Part shown: in pieces, positions 53,859-64,000 of the stretch
Layout of the letters: every line of letters begins with the position of its first letter
How positions within the stretch are numbered: the first letter of the stretch is position 1
NCBI GenBank assembly: GCA_964057225.1
Contig: OZ059895.1
Location: forward strand, 18,600,001 to 18,664,000
DNA length: 64,000 nucleotides
Origin: Auanema rhodensis
Taxonomy: Eukaryota > Animalia > Nematoda
Reading direction: 5' to 3'
The notes under the pieces: generated by a model
Databases searched by the model: none
The model's input: the letters and a program-made list of their open reading frames with translations, nothing else
Told to the model about the DNA's origin: nothing
Position numbers and translations under genes: made by a program

Positions 53859-54540
53859 TACTGTAACTACATTAAAAGTCAATTACAGTAATTGGCGAGC
53901 ACTTCTATTATAGGGTAGCTGGTTAAGCTTTCAAACAACAACCTTTATTAGTATTCGAAATGAGATTGTGAATATTCTGATTACAAATATGGTACTTTAT
54001 ACAAACAACTATAAATCTATGACTTTGACATCTTATGCATTCTAAAACAAAGAAAAGGAGTGGCTCAACTTCTACTCTTAGTTTTAACGGTAACTTCTTA
54101 GAAACCCCATGGAGATCAATTCAAACCCTTCACGGTAATTCAACCATAGCTTATATTCTGTTCCAAATTTCGCACCTCTGAAAATATAAACAATCCTTAA
54201 TACAATGTCGGATGTTTCTTGAAGTATTATGGTCCTGGTAAGATTAATTATTTGGACTTTGCTGAGCTTACGATTACTCTCACTAATCTTTATCTGATTC
54301 CATAAGCACTTTTGAATTTGTCTGAAAACTCTCTTCCGTTGAACACCCAGTAGCAATAGCATAAGGCTAAACCGCTATCGGCATATCACACAGTTCTCAG
54401 TGCATTGTGCCCCTCGTTTACTAATTTGGACTGAGGTCAAATAAACAAAAATATTGGGGCCTCCCTCTTGTACACACTTGTAGCTGTGTAAGCATCATTA
54501 CATCCTCTTCTCGTCACTTGTAATATACTCTACCTTGAAG
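53859..54540 (-). ncRNA. Candidate structured non-coding RNA in the 5' leader/outron of the RAP1-like gene; class unassigned
   Basis: No convincing spliced ORF. At least six stems were found by eye, with G-U pairs falling on the minus strand. It has H-box-like AGACAA and ATAAGA motifs and UGAG (CAB-like) hairpin loops. Confidence 0.35.
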
Positions 54541-54639
54541 AATCATAATATTCTACATATGCTAATAACAGAAAGATATTATTATTTCATTTTATTCTTG
54601 TTTTTAAATATAATTTTATTTCTCAACCTTGCCTCAAAC

Positions 54640-54790
54640 TGATAATCGCGCTATGAGAACTGCGCATTCATTGCAAAAAGGGCGTGGTAAAATTTGAATT
54701 TGAAGGATCTTAGATCTATTATTGCGTCCCCCCACAAAATGTTTTAATTCTTAAATATACATTGTAAAGCGAACCGTTTTCATTGCAAAT
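54640..54790. promoter_or_regulatory. Divergent promoter between the minus-strand unit and ARMC1, with GC-box and CHR-like elements
   Basis: CATTGCAAAAAGGGCGTGG (54669-54687) is followed by TAAAATTTGAATTTGAA. ATCGCGC lies at ~54645 and a second CATTGCAAA at 54781. Confidence 0.55.
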
Positions 54791-54807
54791 ATAATCTATT
54801 TCAGATA

Positions 54808-55866
54808 ATGTCTTCCAATACAGTTAATAACGAAACCCAAAATCATGTTATCGCATCCTTGAAAGCTTATGCTAAACTTTGTTCCAAGCCATCTCATAGA
54901 AATGTGGTTATGTTGGTAAGTTTTTACATTTTTTTGATAGTTTATCTTTGTTTTTGTCAAGGATAAAGTATTTCTGGGACTGCTTACTAATTTTCTGGGA
55001 GAGAATGACACAACTGTTATGACTTATGTTGTTAAGGTAACTTATAGCTCCTAAAAAATCTGAAATTCTTCTTCAGATTCTTCTGCTTCTCACTGAAACA
55101 AAAGAAGATTCGATAACATTAGGAAACGTTCCTGGATTAGAAGCAGCGATCGCAAGTGCATCTGAGATGGCTTTCTCGCCCGCTATTCTTAAAAATCTAA
55201 TGATAGTCTCTAGTCGTATCCAAACATCAAGGAGCCAAATTAAGTAAGATCCAGTTTTCTTTTCTGGTATTTTCTGACGTTTACAGGCAAGAAAGCGGAG
55301 ATATAGGAATTCCTGTACCTGGAGGAGGCACCCTTACTAGGAAATTTGTGGCGAGGAAATCTAAACAGCTTGTTTTCCAATTTGATGACATTGATGAAGT
55401 ACAGTGTCCCCTCTATAATGTCAGTATTCATGTCCTGTTTGTTTAGGCTCTTAAAATCGAAATTGAAAGGAGTTTGCTTTCTAAGAAAGGTGTTATTAGT
55501 GTTTATTTCAATATGGAACAAAAACGTATTATTATGAGAACATTGTTAACTATTGAAACTCAGGTATAGTTCTCTGAATCTCATAAGGTTATGTTAGTCT
55601 TTTAGGATATGGCTGATGTTCTTTTTGACTGTGGATGTGACGTAGTTTCCCAGATAGTCACGATAGGTGGTGTAGAAGAACACTTTGTAATGTATGCTAG
55701 TGAACGCCAAAATAAGCCCTCATTGCCCTTGCCAGGCTATTTGGATGATGATATAGAAGTCAGTGATCCAAAGTCGTGCATTGTGACCAACGAGTACGCC
55801 AAAGCAAAAGCATCCGGTGGTTGGTTCTCAAGTATTTCAAGTTTTGTTAGGGATACTTTGTTCTAA
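54808..55866 (+). CDS. Armadillo repeat-containing protein 1 (ARMC1)-like: ARM repeat, HMA-like domain, amphipathic C-terminus
   Basis: The spliced product reads MSSNTVNNETQNHVIASLKAYAKLCSKPSHRNVVML...KSKQLVFQFDDIDEALKIEIERSLLSKKGVISVYFNMEQKRIIMR...LPGYLDDD...GGWFSSISSFVRDTLF*. This matches the ARMC1 layout (KGVIS HMA motif, P.YL, GW..tail). Confidence 0.8.
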
Positions 55867-57304
55867 TTTTCTTTTTTCAATTTTCAAGCGTAATATACAT
55901 ATTTCCTTCATACTTGAGAATTGTTATCTCTTATTGTTTTTGTTCTCATGAATTTACTAATTGCCGTAAACATGATCTTACTTGAAGATCTCTGTTTCAT
56001 TCTATAGTTTCCTGTTGATCTAATATCACATATATCATATATATATATGCATTTATCAAAAAAAAATAAAATATTATATGAAAGTTATTAGTCTTAGGCT
56101 ATCATATCAAGAATATGTCTTTATCGGCATTTCGCCCCCTCAAAGGTCTTATCAAACAAAGGCGGGAAGTTCAATTTTTGGTTGTTTCGGTTAAAACTTT
56201 TTACTGATTTTCACTGGAAATACTTCATTTTCTTTGATTGTCTTAGTTCTACCCGTTGCTTCCTTCGTTTCTTATATATTGTTTCGTGCAATGTATATAA
56301 TCAAGAATCAACAAAAATACTTCGAAAAAAGGCTTTTCTGTAAATATTCTATAGGCGAAGGTGATAAAAGCCGATGTTTGTATAGTTTGCAATCTATTTT
56401 TAGCAATGATCAATAGCTTATATTATTAAGCTTACTTGATTTCTATTTTATACATTAATTTTATCAATTTTTCATTGAAAAACTTATTTCAAAATAAATT
56501 TCATTTAATATATTTCTTTACTCGAAACGAATATTTAAAGTGCTTTTATCTTAATTGCTCTGTTGTTAGATTTCCCGTCACAAAGATTCCGCCGTTTTGA
56601 CTTATGTTGATACTTGAGTGGTTGGTAGGATTATTCAAGGCCATTAGACCTCAACTGTTTTTAACTCTCCTAATCGTCATATGTGAGTAGAAGTAGGAAA
56701 GATGGACAGACAGACGGAGAAAGATGAAGAGATGCTAGGACTTAAAGGATTGACCATGCGGGGGAGAGGGTGTCTTGTCTGGGGTCAAGTCATAAACCAA
56801 AGATGGACAAGACTCGTCGCCTTGGCCCTCATCGCGTTGCTCGTCATCGATGCGTCATCGCGTTGCGTTCAACCACTCGTCCTAACAGTGCGCATCTATT
56901 TTCACTAAACAATGACATATTATATTTCTTTATTTTTTTATTTGAACATAATTAATTCTTGCTGTACTAAATTACAAAACTAAATGTTAATAGTGCGTTG
57001 CAATAAAAATTGCGTAAAGTCACTTGCGTACGCTTTTTGATAAAATCGGGGAAGATAGCTTTATATTCAAATTACGTATATTTGATGAAATTGATATAAA
57101 TGTTTTATTTTTAATATGTTATGTTTGTTTTAATCTTTTTCTTTTTCAAATATTATATTTATATTCACATGTGAAAATGACGTTATATATGTTTTATTTT
57201 ATTTAATTATGTTGCTTTGCGCGGTTGTATTGTTTCGATATATATACCAAATTTCATCTTTATTTCTTTCAGGTTATCCATAGGTGGTAATCTTAAATTT
57301 CTAA

Positions 57305-59963
57305 ATGGGTGCCCAAAATGAATACGAACGAATGAAAAATGTTTATCAACCTTACAACGGTATGCTATTTTTTCTAGTCACTTATTTTATACATTTTCAG
57401 ATGCTAATGCCTTTTATGCTGAAACGCGTCCATCCCGGATTTCGGCAGCCATGTTCGGTGACTTGTTTCCATCAACATCTTCTAACATACCTCCATCACG
57501 TTCTGGAATTTTAGAAAAGGTATTTAAGTTGAAATATGTTTGTGTTTGAATCTGTTATTTAGATTACCGAGGAAACTAGGCAATGTCGTATTGCTACCGT
57601 GGAGTTGATTAGTTTCGAAGGAGATGCTGATATTAGCACTCTTGGTGTTCCCGATCTCATCCAATTGATGTCCGATACCGATGAGGTAAATAACTGCAAT
57701 AACTAGAGCTGCTTATGTAGTTTCTATATTAAAGGCTACCGTTGCTCGTGCTGTTCATCGTGTATTCCTAATGACACAAGAAGATAGAACAATAGCTACA
57801 TATCCGCAATTGATTGAAGCATTACTTCACGCTAGCAGGTTTTCAAATCTTAATCTGTTTTGTACTTTAACCCTTTTAAAGGAGCTCAAATCCAGTTGTT
57901 CAAAGAGATGCTATTGGTGCTCTTAGCCACATTTCAGAATATAAGGAAGGATGTATGCATATTTTCCGTTCTGGTGGATTAGCTGAGCTTATAAGAATGC
58001 TCAGTTGTAAAATTGAGGTTTCAAAATTATTCATAGTTCTTGTTTAATTACTTCGTTGCAGAGCGTTGTACACTATGCTGTCATGACTTTGAGAAACTTG
58101 CTCATGTATGTAGAACCTGTGAAGGTTCAAGCTCGAAATCTTGGTGCTATAGAAGCTTTGGTGCCTTTGTTATATAGAAATAACCCTAAACTGTTAGCTC
58201 AAGTATCTGATAGTTTGTATATTTTATTACTAGGTAATGCCTATTTCATTTTTTTCTAACTATTTGAATTATTTGTTTAGATGATCCTCAGTCCAAGCTC
58301 ACCTTTTTATCCTTGGGTGGACCCAAAATTTTGGTATATATTATGAAAAATTATTCAGAACACAGGTAGAATTCTGTTTTAATCACTGCATACGTATATT
58401 TATATTAATATAGAAAACTTATGTATACGGTTATCCGTTGTATTCGTGCTCTTTCCGTCTGCCCTCAGAATAAATCAGCTCTTGTAAGCTTAGGTAATTC
58501 TATTCTGTTTATTGAGTCAAGTACGTAAATGTTCACTATAGGATGTTTATTGTGTCTTCATAACGAATTATGCAACTCATCCGATTATCGTGCCAGAATA
58601 GCTATATTAGTTTCAATGCGTAATCTCTCAGATGCTGCCACTAATGAAGAGAATTTAACTAATTTGGTAAGTTCATTAGTAGTAAATATAATATATGTAT
58701 GAAATTATTTTCAGATTATTCGCTTGTTAGATATCGTTAGAAATGAAGTTGATGAAGCTCTTGTAGCATGCGCTTGTGGAATTCTTAGTAACTTAACTTG
58801 CAACAACATTCGTAACAAACAAACTGTAATTTTTTTCGGTTAATTCTTTCAATCTTTTTCTCTTATAGGTTTGCTCAAAAGCTGGGATTGAATCTCTCGT
58901 AGAAGCCATTCGTCGATTCCCACACGTGGAAGATGCCACAGAACCAGCTCTTTGTGCTTTACGACATTGTACTGCTCGTCATTCTTTTGCTGAACAGGTA
59001 ATCAAATTGTTTTTTTTTCAGTTAATTTTTCTCGTTTTAGGCTCAAAATGATCTTCGCCTCGTTGGTAGTTTCCCCCTTCTTCTCTCACTTTTGGCTACC
59101 CTCCGCGCACCTGTAATTAAAGCTGCGTTAGGAGTTATTCGTAATTCTGCACTTTTGACTGCTAATCTCTTAGAATTGACACAGGTTTTATTATAAAGCA
59201 TTTGATAATATTAAGTGTTGTGTTTGCAGGAAAGATCCTTACAAGGCGAATCTGTTGTTTCTCTTACGGTTGATATTCTAGGAAGGGCAACTATTGCTAT
59301 TCGGGAAGATCCTCAGTCTGAGAGTGATGGGGTCCCAATGTGGGGTGTTGTTGAAGGTTTTTTTTACTTTTCCGTTCGAATGTTTGACTATGAATTTCAG
59401 GTGCAATTTCTGCTCTTCATCAATTAGCAAGAGATTCAAATGTGGCTTCATTACTTTATCATGATCCCGAAGTCTTGAGCATAATCGTTGAACTATTAGG
59501 TCGACCAGAAGTTTCTGGTTCCGATGATGAGCTTATTGAAAGAGAGCTTTTGGGTCTTCTCTATCAACTTTCAAAAACTCCAGAGGGTGCTCGTCTGGTA
59601 GAAGGAGCAGGTGATAATAGATTGGAAATTTACACCAACGTATTCCCAATTTTCAGGTCCCACTCCTCTGCTTATGGATGCTTTGAGGTCTGACCATAAA
59701 GCTGTAGCTACATATGCTACTGGTGTGTTGAAAAATCTAGAGAACGACCGTTCATTACACTACCGACAAGTCAGACTTTCTATTGGAAATGAATGCATTT
59801 AAAAAATTTTTTTCAGGAATTGGATCATGATATGACTGCAGGTTGGCAAAGAGATGGATTAGAACCTGAATTGTTTGGAGAAATGTACCCTGTTCATTCA
59901 ATGGATTCTAACAATTTCCCCTTACCTCATAATAACAGTAGTTGGTTTGATACAGACTTGTAG
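57305..59963 (+). CDS. hmp-2: Adhesion beta-catenin HMP-2
   Basis: Armadillo repeats include IFRSGGLAELIRML, SVVHYAVMTLRNLL, MRNLSDAATNEENLT, TEPALCALRHCTARH, DGVPMWGVVEGAISALHQL and ERELLGLLYQLSK. The C-terminus WQRDGLEPELFGEMYP...WFDTDL* follows recalled HMP-2 rather than BAR-1/WRM-1/SYS-1. Confidence 0.93.
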
Positions 59964-60527
59964 TTAGTTTTTCTTACAAAGAAATATTTTTTTTATCTTT
60001 TTGGTGTTTACTCTTCGCTTACCATTACATATCCAACAATTATTAAGTTTATCAAAGATTTCTTATTATTAATACGCTTTTTCTTGACTTCTGCTTACTT
60101 TCATTTCATTGGCATGATCTTATTCATTTTATGTTTTCTATGTTGTATATGCCGTATTATGGAAAGTTTTATTTTCATGTACCTCCTGTACAAATTAAGA
60201 AAGTTTTAAATACTAAAAATTTTTGAAATTTTTGGAACAATCGAACAATTTTCTTGATTTGTAATGGGTAAGGCATGAATTATTTATTGAAAAATGACCC
60301 CAGAAACACTGTACATTTATATTCAATTTGCTACATATGGCGCTACTACATTACTCTTTCCTATTGTTCATAAGAATTTATATGTACTAATTCATAATAA
60401 TAACATTAATAATAATAATAATTGAATGTGGGTGATTCAGAACAATTAGAGAAACGTTTTGGTCGTTTCTATGTTATCTTTTCATTTTTATTTTGTTGTT
60501 ATTGTTAAGCATTCTCTTGAAATTTAG

Positions 60528-63159
60528 ATGGAAAAGGTTGAGGTAGAAGAAAGAGGAGATATAAAAGTTCATGGAGGCCCTGGACACTCAATGTCAGTTA
60601 ACCGGGATATGGGAAAGCTTGTTGTAGCCAGAAAATCAAACGAGTAAGAGTTATACTAAAACTAAGATTCTTTTGATCTTCCCCTTTCAAGTAAATCTCT
60701 TGTTGATGATATTATTGAACAATACAACCTTTTACCGGGGTGGATGTTTGTACTGGAAAAGGTGTGTTGATCAATTTTCATATTCTGACAAAAATACTAT
60801 TTAAAGGTAATTTGTCCCCGTAATGGTGGCATCGAAAGTGTCACATTCGTTGGTTCATATATATTAGCAACTCATTTAAATGGATCAATCACTATTTCTA
60901 ATCCTCATAATGATATTATCAAGGTTGGAAAAATACTTCTAAAATTTACTTTTTGAATTTTCAGAGAACGCAACTATGTGCAACCCCATTATGGTCAGCT
61001 TGTGCAATTGATGATAAGTCCGCAGCTATCGTTACTCACTCTGCTAACTTATACTGCTTCAATTTGGAAGAAAATATGCTCCATACTACACTTAGCTTAG
61101 GAGTAGGGAATAGATTATTCTCTGTGGCTGCTCGCAAAAACTTGGTAAGCTACTGACAATGTTGAATGTGCTTCAGGTTTCTGTTTCAGCTGGCTGTAGG
61201 CGCTAGTGATTCTATTTTTATCGTTCAAGATGGTAAAGTAAAGTTGACCAAATCAGTCCCTCGCAAGGTTACACTTTTGGGTATATTGTCGTCCAATCTT
61301 CATGTTTCTAGGAAAAACGTTTGCCCACTATTGTTTGGTCAGTAGCCTTTGTAAAGGACAACGTAATCGCAAGTGGAGATTCTCGAGGAATCGTCACTTT
61401 CTGGAGTACAGACAATGGAATTGTTTTAAAGGTTTAGTTATTTATCATCATATATTTAATCATTTGTTAATTTTTTCTCAGTTTGTGCAATCTCATCAAG
61501 CAGATATATTGGCATTGTGTTCCATCGATGATATACTTTGGGCTGCTGGTGTTGATCCCAGAATTATGGGTTTCAAAGAAGTTGTAAGTTCCTTATTTTA
61601 TAGAATATTTTCGAAGTTACAATGGTTTGTATAGAGTCCAAATAACTATCAAGTAATTAGAAAGCGAAATGGACCAATGAGAGACGTTAAGTCTTTAGTT
61701 AATTATGAAGGCAAGGTCAGTTTTCTTTCTCAAATGTGTCTGGAAATAGTTTAATTCCTTAAGGTATACGCCTCTGGAGACGACCATGATATATATGTTG
61801 GAGAGAATGGCTGTCAAGTAGTCAGAAAGCAATGGAATGTAAGAAAACATAAAAATATGATTCTTCATTCTATGTCTTTCTTTTTCAGAAAGAAATTCTC
61901 TTAGCTTCTGGCCTTTCCATAGTACGAGGAAGTAACTATGTTGATTTATACACTTGCGGAAAAGGAGAAAAACCCATAGAAGGAAATGATGAAGTAATAG
62001 CTTTAACAGCCCTAACTATGTTCACATTTCATTTCTTCAGATTAATGTGGCCGTTCAACCCATCTACTTAGCTAGAATTTTCAGCCCATCCAAGTTGCCT
62101 GTTATTGCTAGGTTTTTTATTATTATTGTATGTCTAACTAATTTTGTTTTTCCTATTTAGTGATATATCTAGCGATGGAACTCTGATTGCCATTTCAACT
62201 ATTGAATCCACAACATTCTACGCCATCAATCTGAAAAAGAAATCTAAACCAATCACAAAATTATCTGTTCAAAGCCGTCCTGCTAATGCCATTAAGGTAT
62301 CTTTTTTCAATTAAAAAAACCTAAAAGGGCATTCTTGCTTCAGGCTTATAAGGATTACGTTTACTTAGTTTATGGAGATTTTGAAATTAGCCGTGTACCT
62401 TTAGACGGTACTGATTCTTCTGTTGTTTTAGATCAAGGTATGTTTCTCTTTGTCAGCTGCTTACTATATTTTCACAAATTAAATTTTTAGCTGGAAGTGG
62501 TATAGTTTCTCAGATGGGTGCTTCGCCATGTGGCAAATATATAGCTGTTATCACTTCTAGATCTCAATTGTTTGTTATTGATGCTGTTAAAGGTTCGGTT
62601 TCACAGGCGTCTATTGTTTTTAATTCTTATTTTTAGGAGAATCGCGTGCTCTTCGGGTTGAATTACCCATAGATTTCTGTTTCAACGATGAAGATTCCCT
62701 GTTCGTTCTCACTGCAGCTCCAGGATTTGATCTTCCCGAAGAGAAGAAAAAAATTCTATATGAGGTAAATGGGAATTCTCAATGCTCTTCTCTATATCTA
62801 AATTTTTTTAGTTCCCAAAAGCTGGCGGTGCTGCCCGACGTTCAATCTCCTCAGCCAGTTTGTTCGGAACGGTTGGGGTCCGTCCATTATCCATCTCAGC
62901 AGTCCCAGGAGATCGTGTTCTAGTTAGTGCTGTTGATGGTCAATGGGCCATTATTGACAAGGTTCTAGATAATTTGGAAATGCTTTTTCATATTCTTTTA
63001 ACTTTTCAGACGCGTAGTCAAGTTCATTTATCGTCAAGTACAAGCGAGGATTTAACATCTATTCAATATCGGCCCTCATCTAGAGTCTGTTGTTGCAGAA
63101 TAGAAGTTCCATGTCCAGACACAAAACCATTTAAATTGAAAAAATTCGGACAGCAGTAA
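60528..63159 (+). CDS. WD40 protein, U3 snoRNP UTP4/cirhin-like
   Basis: Motifs include IVWSVAFVKDNVIASGDSRGIVTFWS, HQADILAL...AAGVDPRI, RDVKSL...ASGDD and DISSDGTLIAIST. The C-terminal PFKLKKFGQQ* resembles the UTP4 P..KKKFG end. Confidence 0.75.
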
Positions 63160-64000
63160 AAGGACTTCTTATCTGCATATGCCAACTGTTGTTCTTTATC
63201 AATATTAGAATTGTCCTATATAACATTTCACTGGAATTTTTGCAAGTTTTTGAAGATACTTTTATGAATTTGTTGCGAAAATTGGGTTTCCTAGAAACTT
63301 TTGTTATTTTTCATTAATTGTTCTTTCTGTTATTGTTCCTTATAGTTAACGGATTTCTATGTTTGATTGTTATTGAAATCCCGTGATGCCTGTTACAAGT
63401 TAATGCTCAGTAAAAACATTCAAAGAGCTCTCAAATTTCTTTAACACATATCCAATCTTCTGTTTTTCGCCAATTTTGCTTTTCTTTTTCACTCTTCTAA
63501 TGCCTTAATGCCATGTAGGGGCAGTATTAATGATGCGTTTGTATGGAGTCGCCACATGATCTGACAAGTCCAAACATCTCGCACGCATCTGATTCTTAGG
63601 TCATCACCATAAACAGATCATTATGTTTTAATCTCGTTCTGATGGAAGTTACATGGATTATTGAGAAGGGAAGTTTCCACCAAATGTTATCGAGCGACAC
63701 CAGAATAGAGAGAGTGGGTGAATGAGAGTATAGAATTAGCCATCGATTTCGAGGACCCTGAAAGGACTGAACAAGAAGATGGCGGGACTAGAAAGAAGCT
63801 GAAGCAGAGGCAAAAGCAGATGAATTAGGAGCACACATACACATGCATGGACCTTTCGCCGATAGCAAAGCCAGGCAGTCAGTAGGTTGTTCACCCTTTC
63901 GAGCCTGGCTGCATTTTCTTCTTTCTCTCCGTTTTACTCTACTACGTTTTGATCTTTTCTGTTTCTTTTTCTTCTTTTCTACCTCATACTCTGTCTCAGC

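Noticed and set aside
54084-54362. 92-aa ORF upstream of the RAP1-like gene
   Set aside because: No recognisable motif and cannot join the downstream CDS, which has an in-frame stop before its ATG; a small independent peptide is not fully excluded.
932-61188. Scattered CTGTTTCA (piRNA Ruby motif core)
   Set aside because: About eight dispersed copies, several inside genes; not the dense clustering of a piRNA locus.
1-64000. tRNA, rRNA, telomeric TTAGGC arrays, transposase/RT ORFs, CRISPR or other prokaryotic systems
   Set aside because: None recognisable by eye; the window is eukaryotic with spliceosomal introns.

Overview
AT-rich (about one-third GC by eye) genomic DNA from a rhabditid (clade V) nematode other than C. 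elegans. It shows TTTCAG acceptors, many ~45-60 nt introns and proteins that follow C. elegans orthologues closely. I reconstructed 11 intron-containing genes by hand; most ORFs in the supplied track are single exons or spurious. The left ~43 kb holds three plus-strand neuronal/developmental genes with long regulatory introns and many microsatellites: innexin inx-19/nsy-5, aryl hydrocarbon receptor ahr-1 and semaphorin smp-1. The right ~21 kb is a dense housekeeping/germline block. On the minus strand it carries a RAP1-like Myb/SPK protein, an RCC1-repeat protein, icp-1/INCENP, a 108-aa membrane microprotein and a two-NHR (neuralized-repeat) protein. On the plus strand it carries ARMC1, hmp-2 beta-catenin and a UTP4-like WD40 protein. 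The most intriguing signal is a ~0.7 kb non-coding, heavily stem-forming segment (53859-54540, minus strand) directly upstream of the RAP1-like gene. It has H-box- and CAB-box-like motifs and a 1.5-repeat sequence complementary to TAAGGC, so it is a candidate structured RNA (telomerase-RNA- or scaRNA-like); this is unproven. Orthology calls rest on my recall of the C. elegans/human proteins, not on database searches, and all RNA structures were folded by eye.
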